From an uncultured bacterium (GTDB lineage: Bacteria > Fidelibacterota > Marinisomatia > Marinisomatales > UBA1611), in contig CAZGFQ010000008.1 of the NCBI GenBank assembly GCA_964525185.1, positions 7,603 through 71,602 on the forward strand: a stretch of DNA of 64,000 nt, read 5' to 3'. A program made the position numbers and the translations under genes. Of the stretch, positions 1 through 11,004 are shown piece after piece. The notes under the pieces were generated by a model. It was not told the origin of the DNA and did not search any database. It was given only the letters and a program-made list of their open reading frames with translations. Within the stretch, counting starts at the first letter, position 1. Every line of letters starts with the position of its first letter.

Positions 1-102
1 ATTTGAGTTGGCTACTTCCAGAAAAGTGTGTTTGTCCAAAAAGAATAGACGTAAATAGGATAAATGAAAAAGAAGTTAAATAAAGAGTCCGTTGTGCTAT
101 TG

Positions 103-603
103 TCATAACTGCGTTAATAAAGCTTTTATATGTTTTTCAATAGCCACTTCATCGCCAGGGATGAAGCCTTGATGACGCCAAGCAATGGTTCCATCTTTAT
201 CGATAAGAATCATTGTAGGAAGTAAAACAGCATTAAATATTTTGGATATTTGTTGATTTGGGTCAAGTCCAACTTTAAATGAATATTTTTTTGAACGTAT
301 ATACCCTTTTACCTTGGATAAACTTTTTGGAGAATCTTGGTTAATGGTTAATACATTAAAGCCTGAATCTTGATACGTTGTATGAAAATGATCTTGATGA
401 ATCATTGCCTTCTTACATGGGCCACACCATGTTGCCCAAAAATCGAGCAAAACAGGACCATCTTCAAGCAATTTGTATAATGATATTCGTTCTCCGGATA
501 GGAGTTTCACTTTAAAATCGGGTACTTTTTCTACATTCGCTTTTGATGCAAATAAGAATGAAATCGCTAGAATGTACGCAATTCCAGCAAAATATTTTTT
601 CAC
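103..603 (-). CDS. TlpA/ResA-like periplasmic thiol:disulfide oxidoreductase (thioredoxin fold)
   Basis: N-terminal signal/anchor helix. WATWCGPC active-site motif within a thioredoxin-like region of about 150 aa. Confidence 0.8.
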   Translation of the reverse strand: MKKYFAGIAYILAISFLFASKANVEKVPDFKVKLLSGERISLYKLLEDGPVLLDFWATWCGPCKKAMIHQDHFHTTYQDSGFNVLTINQDSPKSLSKVKGYIRSKKYSFKVGLDPNQQISKIFNAVLLPTMILIDKDGTIAWRHQGFIPGDEVAIEKHIKALLTQL

Positions 604-619
604 TATGAACTCGTGTTAA

Positions 620-1921
620 TTATAAAATTGGATCCAAAAAGGATCTTAGGTCTGCTTCATTAACGAATTTAATTGTAACATTACTCAAATTTTCAACTGC
701 ATTCACGGGTAATGTGAATTCATACGTAATGGGAATTGTAACGGTTTCCATTGCTATTTGCATAGACCATCCTCCCATCGTGAAGTTGATTAAGGGTGAA
801 AACTTATGACTTGGTATATATAAGACTTTTGAGCTCGAACGAGCATGCCAATAAGAATCCGGTGTATCTGTTAATACCACAGATGGGTTTCTGGATTTGT
901 CAAAAAATTGAATAACAGGAATTTTGCGATAGGATTCAGAAATAATATCATCAATTAAATATTGTGGAAAATTGAACTTATCTCTGCTATAATAAAAAAC
1001 GGTTAAACTGCCATCTTCCTGAAGACCTGTATATGGAAGTGTAGTTAACATTTCATGAATAATATTCTCTTTAAGAGAATATTCCACTTTAAACTGGACA
1101 GTAATGAGCTGTTCATCATCTTCATGATAAATAAAATTGGGTCGTTCTAATTTCACTTGATATGGATTAGATATTAATTGGTCTAATACCGTTTCTAAAA
1201 GTGCGGAATTTTGATCATTTTCAGGATTAACATCCACTTTTTGCTCAGCTGTAAAATCCATAGACCATTCTCCAACGGATTGTTGGACAGCTTTCTTCTT
1301 TTTTGCATCTTCTTCCCTTTTTTTAGCACCAAGTACAAAATCCATACTTGCTTCTAATTCAAGAATGGCTGCATCTAACGAACTTGCCACGCGTTCAGAC
1401 TCAATAGAAACTTTCGGTGGTAATTGTTTCTGGGGTTTGACTGCAAAGTCAGGAAATGGATATTTAGGTTTGGCTACTTGTTTAGGTAGAAAACCTGTCA
1501 ACATACTATGAACAGTAACACCCACTTGGTCTTTTAAAGCGGGAATAGCAGAATAAAATCCAGATACAGATTTGTTTCCAACTTCTTCCCAAGTCGCAAT
1601 ATCAATTAATTGCATTGATACAGATATATCATCAAGCTTTCTATTAAATTTACCGAGGAGTAATAGGTTTTTCGATCCGCGTGGTTGTTTCAATAATTCA
1701 GACCGATTATTCATAATATATTCTAAATCATCATTATTTTGAATTCGTAATGTGGATTCATTCTTCAATTTATCTTTAACTATTTCGGATAAACCAGGAC
1801 CAATCCATTCAACAGATGCATCATTTTGTACATTATCAAATGGGAGTAAATAAAAATAAACAAGTGGGTCTCTTGCAAATAATGCGGACAATAAAAGAAT
1901 ATGTATTAAGATTTTGTTCAT
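620..1921 (-). CDS. Hypothetical secreted protein, 433 aa
   Basis: Long ORF with an N-terminal signal-like segment (MNKILIHILLLSALFA). No motif I recognise with confidence. Confidence 0.6.
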   Translation of the reverse strand: MNKILIHILLLSALFARDPLVYFYLLPFDNVQNDASVEWIGPGLSEIVKDKLKNESTLRIQNNDDLEYIMNNRSELLKQPRGSKNLLLLGKFNRKLDDISVSMQLIDIATWEEVGNKSVSGFYSAIPALKDQVGVTVHSMLTGFLPKQVAKPKYPFPDFAVKPQKQLPPKVSIESERVASSLDAAILELEASMDFVLGAKKREEDAKKKKAVQQSVGEWSMDFTAEQKVDVNPENDQNSALLETVLDQLISNPYQVKLERPNFIYHEDDEQLITVQFKVEYSLKENIIHEMLTTLPYTGLQEDGSLTVFYYSRDKFNFPQYLIDDIISESYRKIPVIQFFDKSRNPSVVLTDTPDSYWHARSSSKVLYIPSHKFSPLINFTMGGWSMQIAMETVTIPITYEFTLPVNAVENLSNVTIKFVNEADLRSFLDPIL

Positions 1922-1967
1922 GGAGTTGTAGGTTTAATGGAGAATAAATTAATAGAAAAACAGGAGT

Positions 1968-3665
1968 TTAACCACCTCCATTTTTAGATGCTTGAAATCC
2001 CTTTTCAATCTTTTTCCAGGAATCTCTCAAAGCTACTGACCGATTAAATACAAAATGTTCGGGAGAACTGTCAACATTATCCAAACAAAAATAGCCTAAT
2101 CGTTCAAATTGATAGAATTCTCCAACCTTCGCTTTTTTCATTTCATTTTCAATAAAGCACGTTTTTATAACAATAAGTGAATCAGGATTCAATGCATTAT
2201 CAATGTTATCTGTCTTACTTGGATTCGGTTCCAAAAAAAGTCTATCATACAATCGTACTTCCGCTTCCATATTTTCTGTAGATGAAACCCAATGTATGGT
2301 TCCTTTTACTTTACGTCCATCTGGAGAAGAACCACCACGCGTTTCGGGATCATATGTACAATGCAGTTCAATAATATCTCCGTTACTGTTTTTTATGACA
2401 TCAACACAGGTAATATAAAATGCATATCTTAATCTAACTTCTCTACCGGGAGCCAATCGAAAATATTTGCGAAAAGGTTCTTCCATAAAATCGCTTCGTT
2501 CAATATATATTTCTTTAGTAAAAGCTATTTTCCGTTTACCTGCGGACTCATCTTCCGGGTTATTTATGGCGTCTAAATAATCAATCTCATCCTCAGGAAA
2601 ATTTGTAATTACAATTTTTAATGGATCAATCACACCCATGACACGAGTTGCCTTTTTATTGAGATCTTCTCTTAAACTATACTCTAAAAGATTCATTTCA
2701 GCAACATTGTCACGTTTTGCTACTCCGACCTTTTCTGCAAAATTACGGATAGATTGTGGAGAATATCCTCTACGCCTTAATCCTGAAATAGTTGGCATTC
2801 TTGGATCATCCCACCCTGATACATGTCCATTATCTACTAATTGTTTAAGCCATCTTTTTGACATGATGGTAAAATTTAAATTTAATCGAGCAAATTCTAT
2901 TTGTTGCGGATGATAGGTATCAAGTTGGTTTAAATACCAATCGTATAAGGGCCTATGATCTTCAAATTCTAATGTACAAATGGAATGGGTAATTCCTTCA
3001 AGAGAATCTTCTAAACCATGCGCCCAATCATACATGGGGTAAATGCACCATGTGTCGCCAGTCCGATGATGATGAGCTTTCAATATACGATACATAACAG
3101 GGTCTCTCATATTCAAATTTGGATGACTCATATCAATTTTGGCTCGTAATGTTCGGCTACCATCTTCAAAGTCACCATTTTTCATTTGAGTAAACAGAAG
3201 AAGATTTTCATCGACGGATCTATTTCTGAATGGACTATCACTGCCTGCTTCTTTTAGATTACCCCGGGTTGCTCTAACCTCGTCTCCAGATAGGTCGCAA
3301 ACGTAAGCTTTTTCTGCTTTAATGAGTGCCGCGGCGAATTCATACATTTGATCAAAATAATCGGATGCATAATACAATCTATCTTCCCAGTCAAAGCCTA
3401 ACCAAGAAACATCTTTCATGATTGCTTTTACATATTCATCTTCTTCTTTGATTGGGTTTGTATCGTCGAACCTGAGGTTACATAAACCACTGTATTGGTC
3501 CGCTAATCCAAAATTCAAGCAAATAGATTTTGCATGGCCAATGTGGAGGTATCCGTTTGGTTCTGGTGGAAAACGTGTGTGAACTTTTTGATCGAATTTT
3601 CCAGAACGGTTATCTTCGTCAATTATTTTTTGAATAAAATTCTTAACCTGTTTTTCAGCTTCCAT
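1968..3665 (-). CDS. glnS: Glutaminyl-tRNA synthetase
   Basis: Class I aaRS HIGH region ([14 protein letters not shown]) and a KMSKS-type motif (IMSKR). Full-length GlnRS-like sequence of 565 aa. Confidence 0.95.
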   Translation of the reverse strand: MEAEKQVKNFIQKIIDEDNRSGKFDQKVHTRFPPEPNGYLHIGHAKSICLNFGLADQYSGLCNLRFDDTNPIKEEDEYVKAIMKDVSWLGFDWEDRLYYASDYFDQMYEFAAALIKAEKAYVCDLSGDEVRATRGNLKEAGSDSPFRNRSVDENLLLFTQMKNGDFEDGSRTLRAKIDMSHPNLNMRDPVMYRILKAHHHRTGDTWCIYPMYDWAHGLEDSLEGITHSICTLEFEDHRPLYDWYLNQLDTYHPQQIEFARLNLNFTIMSKRWLKQLVDNGHVSGWDDPRMPTISGLRRRGYSPQSIRNFAEKVGVAKRDNVAEMNLLEYSLREDLNKKATRVMGVIDPLKIVITNFPEDEIDYLDAINNPEDESAGKRKIAFTKEIYIERSDFMEEPFRKYFRLAPGREVRLRYAFYITCVDVIKNSNGDIIELHCTYDPETRGGSSPDGRKVKGTIHWVSSTENMEAEVRLYDRLFLEPNPSKTDNIDNALNPDSLIVIKTCFIENEMKKAKVGEFYQFERLGYFCLDNVDSSPEHFVFNRSVALRDSWKKIEKGFQASKNGGG

Positions 3666-5094
3666 TTTTATCGCTTTCTATGATTGGGAAATGAGTTATA
3701 GCGTAGTTTAATCGTGAAATGCATGCGTTTTCTCCTAATAATTCCATGATTGAAAATAGAGAAGGACCACCAGAAACACCACTAATAGCCAATCGTGTCG
3801 GTTGTATAATTTTTCCTAATGATATTTCATTTTTTTCAGCATAATTCTTTATAGTACTTTCAATGAATGCTGAATTCCATTCTGACACTGTATTTAATTC
3901 GATTAATAATAATTCTATTATATGAGTTGTAGTCTCTGGTTTCCAACTTTTTCTCATAGCTTTTTTATCAAATTGAGTAGGGTTAGAAAAGAAATAATGA
4001 GACATATGTATAAAGTCAACAATCGTTTTTGATCTTTGTTTTAACAATTCTATTACTTTTAACAAATAAGATGTATCAAACCCATCGCCCCAAGTTTGGC
4101 TAAGCTCTTTAATATGATTATAAATTGAATTAGGTGATAATGCCATAATATGCTGTGCACTGATCCAGTTGAGTTTTTGAATATCAAATACGGCTGATTT
4201 TTTCTGGACTCGTTTTATATCGAATTGTTTAATTAAATCTTCAACTGAAAAAATATCTTGCTCTGTACCGGGATTCCAGCCTAATAATGCTAAATGATTT
4301 AGAAGAACATTTGGTGTAAACCCTAAATCTTGATATGCTTGTACTCCAGTTGCTCCATGGCGCTTACTAAGTCTTTTTTTGTCTGGGCCTAGAATCATTG
4401 GTAGATGTGCAAAAATAGGTAGAGAATACTCCAAAGCATTATAAATATATATTTGTTTCAGTGTATTTGCGACATGATCTTCTCCTCTAATAACATGAGA
4501 TATTTTCATATCATGATCATCAACAACGACAACTAGGTTATATACCGGACTTCCATCAGATCGAGCTATAATAAAATCATCAATTTCTGAATTATCTACT
4601 TTAATTGATCCATAAATTTCATCAGAGAAAGTGACCATTCCGTCCTTGGGCGTTTTGAGTCTTATTGTAAATGGGGAATTTTTATCTAGTTCAGATTGAA
4701 TGTCATTTTCTGAACGATTTCTCCATATGCCAGGATAAAAAAATGATCCATCTTTAGCTCGAAAGGTATCTAATTCTTCTTTAGTGGCAAAGCAGCGATA
4801 TGCCTGTCCAGATTCCAATAATGCTTGAATGGCAGATAAATACAAGTCTATACGTTTAGACTGGAAAATAAGTTCATCATCCCAATCTAGCCCCAGCCAT
4901 TCCATTGATTGGCAAATTTGTTCAGTGAATTCGTCTTTCGACCGAAGAGTATCTGTGTCCTCAATACGAACTAAAAAAGACCCATTATGGTGTTTGGCGA
5001 AAAGCCAGTTGAATAATGCAGTTCGTGCACCCCCGAGATGAAGTTGGCCGGTCGGGCTTGGTGCAAATCGAACTCGTAGTTTAGAATTGGCCAT
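3655..5094 (-). CDS. gltX: Glutamyl-tRNA synthetase
   Basis: [18 protein letters not shown] (HIGH-type motif) and KLSKR (KMSKS-type motif). 479 aa. Its 3-prime end overlaps the glnS start by 11 nt. Confidence 0.95.
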   Translation of the reverse strand: MANSKLRVRFAPSPTGQLHLGGARTALFNWLFAKHHNGSFLVRIEDTDTLRSKDEFTEQICQSMEWLGLDWDDELIFQSKRIDLYLSAIQALLESGQAYRCFATKEELDTFRAKDGSFFYPGIWRNRSENDIQSELDKNSPFTIRLKTPKDGMVTFSDEIYGSIKVDNSEIDDFIIARSDGSPVYNLVVVVDDHDMKISHVIRGEDHVANTLKQIYIYNALEYSLPIFAHLPMILGPDKKRLSKRHGATGVQAYQDLGFTPNVLLNHLALLGWNPGTEQDIFSVEDLIKQFDIKRVQKKSAVFDIQKLNWISAQHIMALSPNSIYNHIKELSQTWGDGFDTSYLLKVIELLKQRSKTIVDFIHMSHYFFSNPTQFDKKAMRKSWKPETTTHIIELLLIELNTVSEWNSAFIESTIKNYAEKNEISLGKIIQPTRLAISGVSGGPSLFSIMELLGENACISRLNYAITHFPIIESDKNGS

Positions 5095-5105
5095 TTATAA
5101 TTTTG

Positions 5106-5194
5106 CGGAGGCGGTAGGATTCGAACCTACGAGGGGCGCGAACCCCTGCTGGTTTTCAAGACCAGTGCATTCAGCCAGACTCTGCCACACCTCC
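5106..5194 (-). tRNA. tRNA-Ser (anticodon UGA)
   Basis: Hand-folded cloverleaf: acceptor GGAGGTG/CGCCTCC, anticodon arm CTGGT-CTTGAAA-ACCAG, long variable arm, T-arm GTAGG-TTCGAAT-CCTAC. No encoded CCA. Confidence 0.9.
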
Positions 5195-5208
5195 ATTTTG
5201 TTTATTTG

Positions 5209-5298
5209 CGGAGAGGGAGGGATTCGAACCCTCGAAGAGGCTATAAACCCCTTACTCACTTAGCAGGCGAGCGCCTTCAGCCACTCGGCCACCTCTCC
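5209..5298 (-). tRNA. tRNA-Ser (anticodon GCU)
   Basis: Hand-folded cloverleaf: acceptor GGAGAGG, anticodon loop CTGCTAA, long variable arm, T-loop GGTTCGAATCC. Confidence 0.9.
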
Positions 5299-5359
5299 AT
5301 ATTTTTTTAATATTAAACCTCTGAAATTACTCCTTGAATTGCTTAATCCCAAAAAAGAT

Positions 5360-6451
5360 TTAAGAAATAACAAACTGTTTTCCACTTAATTGTGTAACAG
5401 CATTTTTCATCTCTAAATTTAAAAGAATCTGAAGTAATTGAGCTATATCTAATCCGACCTTTTTTCTTAAATCATCAACCTGAATAGGATCGTGTCCTAA
5501 ATGTTTGAAAATACGTTGTTCATCATGAGATAAATTCAATGGAATTGTTTTTTGAACACCCTTGATTGGTTTAAATAGACGATCATTAATAATATCTAAG
5601 ATTTCATTACCATCGTGCACTGGAAATGCTCCATTTCTAATAAGGCGATTTGAACCAACGGACATGGTGTCAGTTACCCTTCCCGGTACAGCAAAAACAT
5701 CCCTATTTTGATCTATAGCATTAAAGGCGGTAAGAATTGACCCACTTCTATCACCTGCTTCTACAACAATTGTACCATGAGAAAGTCCAGATATGATCCT
5801 ATTTCTCTGTGGGAAATTTTTTCTATTCGGTTTCTCTCCTAATGGAAATTCAGAAATAATTGTACCATTCTTTAAAATATCTTTATAAAGCTGTTTATTC
5901 TCGGATGGATAAACCACATCAATACCACAGCCTAATACGCCAATTGTTTTTCCACCTAAATTGACAGTCTCTCTATGAGTCATTGTATCGATGCCACGTG
6001 CAAGACCACTTACAGTCGTAATTCCTGCTTTTACTAATTTATTTACAATTAGTTTTGTCATTGTTCGCCCATATTGTGTAATCGTCCTGGTTCCTACTAT
6101 GGAAGCCATATCTTCCATTTTTATTAATTCTTTACCAAGCGTATACAATAAAACGGGAGGATCATATATTTTCTTGAGCAGCACAGGATAATTGTTATCC
6201 CAATAAGACACAATATTGATATTTTTATCAGATAGCTGTTTTACCTGTGATTCACCGTATTTCAAGTGTCGGTATTTCTGAATAGCAGATGCAGTCTTTA
6301 TATCAATGCCATCTATTCTACATAGCGTTTTAGAATCCATTTCAAACGGATTCTCATGACTGCCAATAGATGATAATAGTATGCGTACACGATTTCTTCC
6401 AACTGATGGAGTATTCAATAAATTGATTATTGTTTCGTGCTTAAATTTCAT
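5360..6451 (-). CDS. dprA: DNA-processing protein DprA (Smf)
   Basis: Rossmann-like DprA core (IVGTRTITQYG, SGLARGIDTMTHRE, AVLGCGID-like, VVEAGDRSGSILTA) plus a C-terminal winged-helix-like tail. Confidence 0.9.
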   Translation of the reverse strand: MKFKHETIINLLNTPSVGRNRVRILLSSIGSHENPFEMDSKTLCRIDGIDIKTASAIQKYRHLKYGESQVKQLSDKNINIVSYWDNNYPVLLKKIYDPPVLLYTLGKELIKMEDMASIVGTRTITQYGRTMTKLIVNKLVKAGITTVSGLARGIDTMTHRETVNLGGKTIGVLGCGIDVVYPSENKQLYKDILKNGTIISEFPLGEKPNRKNFPQRNRIISGLSHGTIVVEAGDRSGSILTAFNAIDQNRDVFAVPGRVTDTMSVGSNRLIRNGAFPVHDGNEILDIINDRLFKPIKGVQKTIPLNLSHDEQRIFKHLGHDPIQVDDLRKKVGLDIAQLLQILLNLEMKNAVTQLSGKQFVIS

Positions 6452-7421
6452 TTTGTATTATTGAAGTTATTTTTTGCATCAATTGATTTAACCCAGATCC
6501 AGTTACTGATGAAATATCAATGTATGGATGTTTAAAATTTGACCAATAATCATCAAATTTATCATTTTGCAATGTATCTATCTTGGAGCGACAAATTAAA
6601 AATGGTTTTAGCATAAGATCTGGATTGAAATTAATTAATTCCTGCTTCAAAACATCAAAGGAATTTTCTGGATTATCATCCAATGCATCTATTAGATACA
6701 GTAAAACTCTATTTCTTTCAATATGTTTTAAAAATTGATGCCCTAGACCTTTACCAGTACTGGCTCCTTCTATTAACCCAGGAATATCAGCCATAACAAA
6801 TGATTTATATTCATCATATTTAATAATACCTAAATAGGGTTCTAACGTCGTAAATGGATAGCCAGCAATTTTCGGTTTTGCTGAAGATAAGCGAGCTAAT
6901 AAGGTGGATTTACCTGCATTAGGAAAACCAACTAAACCAACATCAGCTAATACTTTTAATTCAATTTCAAAATGGCCAGACTCACCTTCTATACCTGTCT
7001 GATGCTTTCTTGGAGTTTGATTTGTGGATGTTTTAAATCGACTATTCCCTTTTCCGCCAATCCCGCCATTACAAGCAATACATTCTTCACCCGGTGTTGT
7101 GAGATCTGCAATAATTACATTATTAGTAACTTTACGAATAATGGTACCTAATGGTACTAATATGATGACGTCTTCTCCAAATTTACCACTTCTATTATTC
7201 TTTCCACCAGGGTTGCCATTCTCGGCTTTATACATTTTACGATATCGTATATCTTGAAGTGTTCGAAGGTTTTCATCTGCTTTAAATATAATATGACCAC
7301 CGCGTCCTCCGTCACCACCATCAGGGCCACCCTTTGGAACGAATTTTTCGCGACGAAAGGAAACAGCTCCACGGCCACCTTTACCAGCAATTAATTCAAC
7401 TTTTGTATAATCAATAAACAT
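6441..7421 (-). CDS. obg: GTPase Obg/CgtA
   Basis: Gly-rich Obg fold at the N-terminus (GGRGGHIIF, GGIGGKGN) followed by a G domain (GFPNAGKST, DIPGLIEGAS). Confidence 0.95.
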   Translation of the reverse strand: MFIDYTKVELIAGKGGRGAVSFRREKFVPKGGPDGGDGGRGGHIIFKADENLRTLQDIRYRKMYKAENGNPGGKNNRSGKFGEDVIILVPLGTIIRKVTNNVIIADLTTPGEECIACNGGIGGKGNSRFKTSTNQTPRKHQTGIEGESGHFEIELKVLADVGLVGFPNAGKSTLLARLSSAKPKIAGYPFTTLEPYLGIIKYDEYKSFVMADIPGLIEGASTGKGLGHQFLKHIERNRVLLYLIDALDDNPENSFDVLKQELINFNPDLMLKPFLICRSKIDTLQNDKFDDYWSNFKHPYIDISSVTGSGLNQLMQKITSIIQNEI

Positions 7422-7469
7422 AGGTATTCAACAATTTTAAGATGAATGAAACTACATTAATTATATTGA

Positions 7470-9686
7470 TTAAATATCATCAATAATTGAATTTAATGTA
7501 TGGCTAGGTCTCATTGCAGCTGACACTTTAGATAAATCGGGGTAATAATATCCACCAATTTCTTTTGGTTTTCCTTCAGCGATTAAAAGTTCTTCTATTA
7601 TTTTTTGTTCATTATTTTCTAACGCAGTTGCAATAGGCGAAAATGTGTCAGAAAGTGTTATGCTTTCCGATTGATCTACAAGAGCGCGCGCCCAATATTG
7701 AGCTAAAAAGTAATGGCCAGATATATTCCCTGGCTCACCTGCAACTCTGGATGGAGATTTCTTATTATCTAAATATTTTGAATTTGCTACATCAAGAGCG
7801 TTTGCTATAATATTCAATTCATTCGAATTATTCTTCCGTGCAATGTAGCGTAATGATTCTGCTAATGCTAAAAATTCGCCCAATGAATCCCATCTTAAAT
7901 GACCTTCTTTTAAGAATTGAGCAACATGTTTTGGCGCAGATCCTCCAGCACCAGTTTCAAATAAGCCTCCCCCGGCTATTAATGGAACAATGGAAAGCAT
8001 TTTCGCAGAAGTACCCAGTTCTAAGATTGGAAATAAATCTGTTAAATAATCACGTAATACATTACCCGTGGCACTAATAGTGTTAAGCCCAGCTCTAACT
8101 CGTTTTAATGTGAATGCCATTGCAGATTGAGGTGATAATATATGATATTCAATATCATTATTTTTATTATACTGCGGTAAATACTTTAATACACTTTTTA
8201 TAATATTAGCATCATGATTACGATTTTTATCGAGCCAAAATACGACAGGTTGTCCAGTGATTTTAGCTCTATTATAAGCTAGTTTAACCCAATCCTTAAT
8301 TGGAATATCTTTCGCGGTAGACATTCTCCAAATATCACCTTTCTCAACATGATGACTTGTTAATATAGACCCATCCTGGTCAATAACGTTCACAATGCCA
8401 CTAGTTGGAATTTCGAATGTGGTTGGATGAGAACCATATTCTTCTGCTTTTTGTGCCATAAGACCTACATTAGACACATTTCCCATAGTTGCAACATCGA
8501 ACTGGCCATTATTAACGCAATCTTGTAATACTTCTTTATACATAGTAGCATAAGACCTATCCGGGATAATGGCTTTACATTCTTGTAGACTCCCATCAGA
8601 GTTCCACATTTGTCCGCCATCACGCACCACAACTGGCATAGAAGCATCAATGATTATATCATTAGGAGCATGCAAATTTGTAATACCATTATCAGAATCT
8701 ACCATTGCCAAAGATGGCATGGTGTTATATACATCCTGAATAGAATTTTCAATTTTTGATTTTAGGTCTGATGGAAGTGACTCTAGTTTTTTATATAAAT
8801 CACTTAATCCTAGATTTGGATTAATGCCTAATTCTTCAAATTCAGTAGAATATACATCAAATACATCCTTATAATATTCGCGTACACAATGACCAAACAT
8901 AATTGGATCTGAAACTTTCATCATTGTTGCTTTTAAATGTAAAGAGAATAATAATCCTTCTTCCTTAGAAGCATTTAACTCATATTTGTAAAATTCCTTT
9001 AAATGTTTAACAGACATAAAGGTTGTATCTACAATTTCTTTATCTTGAATACATAATTCTTTTAAATGAATAGTGCTTCCATCATTGGATTGAAGCTCAA
9101 TCGTAAGTGTTCCTTCTCCATTATTAATGAAAGATTGTTCATTCCCAAAAAAATCATTCTCATTCATATGGGCAACGTGGGCTTTTGAATAATCAGCGAA
9201 TTGTTTAAGACGATGTGGATTATTTTTCGCAAAATTCTTAACAGCATCAGCTGCTCTACGATCAGAATTGCCTTCCCTTAATACAGGATTTACAGCAGAT
9301 CCTAAACAGGTAGAATATTTTTTTTGAATTTTGACCTCGGCATCCGTATTTGGTGTTTCTGGATAATTAGGTATATTATATCCATTTTGTTGAAGTTCAA
9401 TTATGCACGCTTTTAGTTGTGGGACAGATGCGGAAATATTTGGAAGCTTAATAATATTACCATTTGGCTCTTTAACAATTTTCCCTAATAAATTAAGATC
9501 ATCATTAATAATTTGATCTGAAGATAAATTTTCGGGAAAAGTTGCAATTATTCGACCTGCAAGGGATATATCTCTTGGCTCAACTTCAATATTTGCGGTT
9601 TTTGTAAATGCATTAACAATAGGTAATAGTGATTGAGTAGCTAATGCTGGTGCCTCGTCAGTAATAGTCCAGATAATTTTTGACAT
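7470..9686 (-). CDS. icd: Isocitrate dehydrogenase (NADP), monomeric type
   Basis: 738 aa. The N-terminus [21 protein letters not shown] is typical of the monomeric IDH family. Confidence 0.93.
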   Translation of the reverse strand: MSKIIWTITDEAPALATQSLLPIVNAFTKTANIEVEPRDISLAGRIIATFPENLSSDQIINDDLNLLGKIVKEPNGNIIKLPNISASVPQLKACIIELQQNGYNIPNYPETPNTDAEVKIQKKYSTCLGSAVNPVLREGNSDRRAADAVKNFAKNNPHRLKQFADYSKAHVAHMNENDFFGNEQSFINNGEGTLTIELQSNDGSTIHLKELCIQDKEIVDTTFMSVKHLKEFYKYELNASKEEGLLFSLHLKATMMKVSDPIMFGHCVREYYKDVFDVYSTEFEELGINPNLGLSDLYKKLESLPSDLKSKIENSIQDVYNTMPSLAMVDSDNGITNLHAPNDIIIDASMPVVVRDGGQMWNSDGSLQECKAIIPDRSYATMYKEVLQDCVNNGQFDVATMGNVSNVGLMAQKAEEYGSHPTTFEIPTSGIVNVIDQDGSILTSHHVEKGDIWRMSTAKDIPIKDWVKLAYNRAKITGQPVVFWLDKNRNHDANIIKSVLKYLPQYNKNNDIEYHILSPQSAMAFTLKRVRAGLNTISATGNVLRDYLTDLFPILELGTSAKMLSIVPLIAGGGLFETGAGGSAPKHVAQFLKEGHLRWDSLGEFLALAESLRYIARKNNSNELNIIANALDVANSKYLDNKKSPSRVAGEPGNISGHYFLAQYWARALVDQSESITLSDTFSPIATALENNEQKIIEELLIAEGKPKEIGGYYYPDLSKVSAAMRPSHTLNSIIDDI

Positions 9687-9953
9687 TTAACGATCCTTTT
9701 TCTTGGTTTTCGTTTTCGTTTTAGTTTTATTCGTTGATTCGGGATTTGGTTTGGGTTTTTCTTTATTTTTATAATCTGTAAGATAAAAGCCAGATCCTTT
9801 AAAAATCAGACCAGCACCGCCACTTACAATCCGAGTAATTTTACATTTTTGTACTTCACAATTAGGTTTTTTTTGCAAAGCATCATCGGAGATTGATTGA
9901 AAATAGTCAAAACGTTCTCCGCAAGTGTTACATAAATATTCGTAGGTTGGCAT
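9687..9953 (-). CDS. FmdB-family zinc-ribbon protein with a Lys/Thr-rich tail
   Basis: MPTYEYLCNTCGERFD ... CEVQKC (two Cys pairs) is the FmdB/CxxC_CxxC_SSSS pattern. C-terminal KTKTKTKTKKK. Its stop abuts the icd start. Confidence 0.75.
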   Translation of the reverse strand: MPTYEYLCNTCGERFDYFQSISDDALQKKPNCEVQKCKITRIVSGGAGLIFKGSGFYLTDYKNKEKPKPNPESTNKTKTKTKTKKKDR

Positions 9954-10001
9954 AAGTTCCAGCTTATTTAGATAAAAATTGAGCGGAAATTTATAAAATA
10001 T

Positions 10002-10481
10002 TTATATATTAAATTTTATTTTTAATGCATCAAATACATCTTTTGTTACATAATCTCTAAGATCGCCTCCGAGTTTTGACACTTCCTTAATTACAGATGA
10101 ATTCAAATGGATATATTTTTCATCTGGCATCATGAATATAGTAGTTATTTCTGGGTTTAAGTGGTAATTCATCATGGCCATTTGGAATTCAAATTCGAAA
10201 TCACTCACATGCCTCAATCCTCGAATAAGAGCGCATGCATTTTCTTCACGAGCTGTTTCAGCAATAAGTTGTTTTGTGCTAATTGCGGAAACATTATGGA
10301 GATCTCTCGTACTAGATAATATGAGTTCTACTCTTTCATCTACGGTAAATAATGGATTTTTTGATGAATTGTCTGCAACAGCAAAAACCAATTCATCGAA
10401 TAATTTAGATGCACGAATGGCAATGTCTAAATGGCCCTTATGAATTGGATCGAATGTACCAGGGTATATTATTTTTCTCAT
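10002..10481 (-). CDS. coaD: Phosphopantetheine adenylyltransferase
   Basis: YPGTFDPIHKGHLDI nucleotidyltransferase motif. 159 aa. Confidence 0.95.
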   Translation of the reverse strand: MRKIIYPGTFDPIHKGHLDIAIRASKLFDELVFAVADNSSKNPLFTVDERVELILSSTRDLHNVSAISTKQLIAETAREENACALIRGLRHVSDFEFEFQMAMMNYHLNPEITTIFMMPDEKYIHLNSSVIKEVSKLGGDLRDYVTKDVFDALKIKFNI

Positions 10482-10990
10482 TTATTATTCCAGATTGCTA
10501 ATTGACTTTTACCATAGTTTCTAATCTCGGGGTCATAGGATAATTTACGATTTGAGCGATTGACTTCTAAAATAAAAATTCCATTTGAACTCAAGTGTTG
10601 AAGAGCTGAATCGATCAAGGGATCAATCTCGATTCCATAATAGGGTGGGTCAGCAAAAATAATATCAAATGATAGAGATGTAGTTTTTAAATATTTAAAT
10701 ACATCTTGATGATAGATATGTATATGATCCGGAAATAATTGAGAATTGGATTTTAGCATTTGAATATGGGCTCGATTTGACTCTACAAAATAGATAGGAG
10801 ATGCACCTCTACTTAAAGCTTCAAAACCCATGATTCCTGAACCTGAAAAAAGGTCCAGAAATGAGTAATTATTTAATGGTCCAAGAATATCAAATAAACT
10901 TTTCCGAACAATAGATTTGGTAGGGCGATATTGAGCTTTTAAACTCGTTTCAATCTTCCTCCCTTTATAGAGGCCAGATAGAATATTCAT
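10478..10990 (-). CDS. rsmD: 16S rRNA (guanine966-N2)-methyltransferase RsmD-like
   Basis: SAM-binding DLFSGSGIMGFEALSRGA and ADPPY motif. 170 aa. 4-nt overlap with coaD. Confidence 0.85.
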   Translation of the reverse strand: MNILSGLYKGRKIETSLKAQYRPTKSIVRKSLFDILGPLNNYSFLDLFSGSGIMGFEALSRGASPIYFVESNRAHIQMLKSNSQLFPDHIHIYHQDVFKYLKTTSLSFDIIFADPPYYGIEIDPLIDSALQHLSSNGIFILEVNRSNRKLSYDPEIRNYGKSQLAIWNNK

Positions 10991-11004
10991 AGAATTGATT
11001 CGTT

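Noticed and set aside
1-102. A possible start of another minus-strand gene running off the left edge (TTG at 39-37, LDKHTFLEVANSN...).
   Set aside because: Only 13 codons are visible, the start is non-ATG, and no motif is present, so it cannot be supported.
7157-7390. Nested same-strand ORFs in other frames (7157-7390, 8465-8650, 27946-28128, 34340-34585, 36802-37026, 58570-58767).
   Set aside because: All lie inside longer ORFs with clear homology or operon context, and their translations look random.
9687-9740. Short tandem GTTTTC/GTTTTA repeats at the DNA level, considered as a possible microsatellite.
   Set aside because: They are in frame and simply encode the KTKTKTKTKKK tail of the FmdB-like protein. 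There are only about four units, with no sign of a repeat array.
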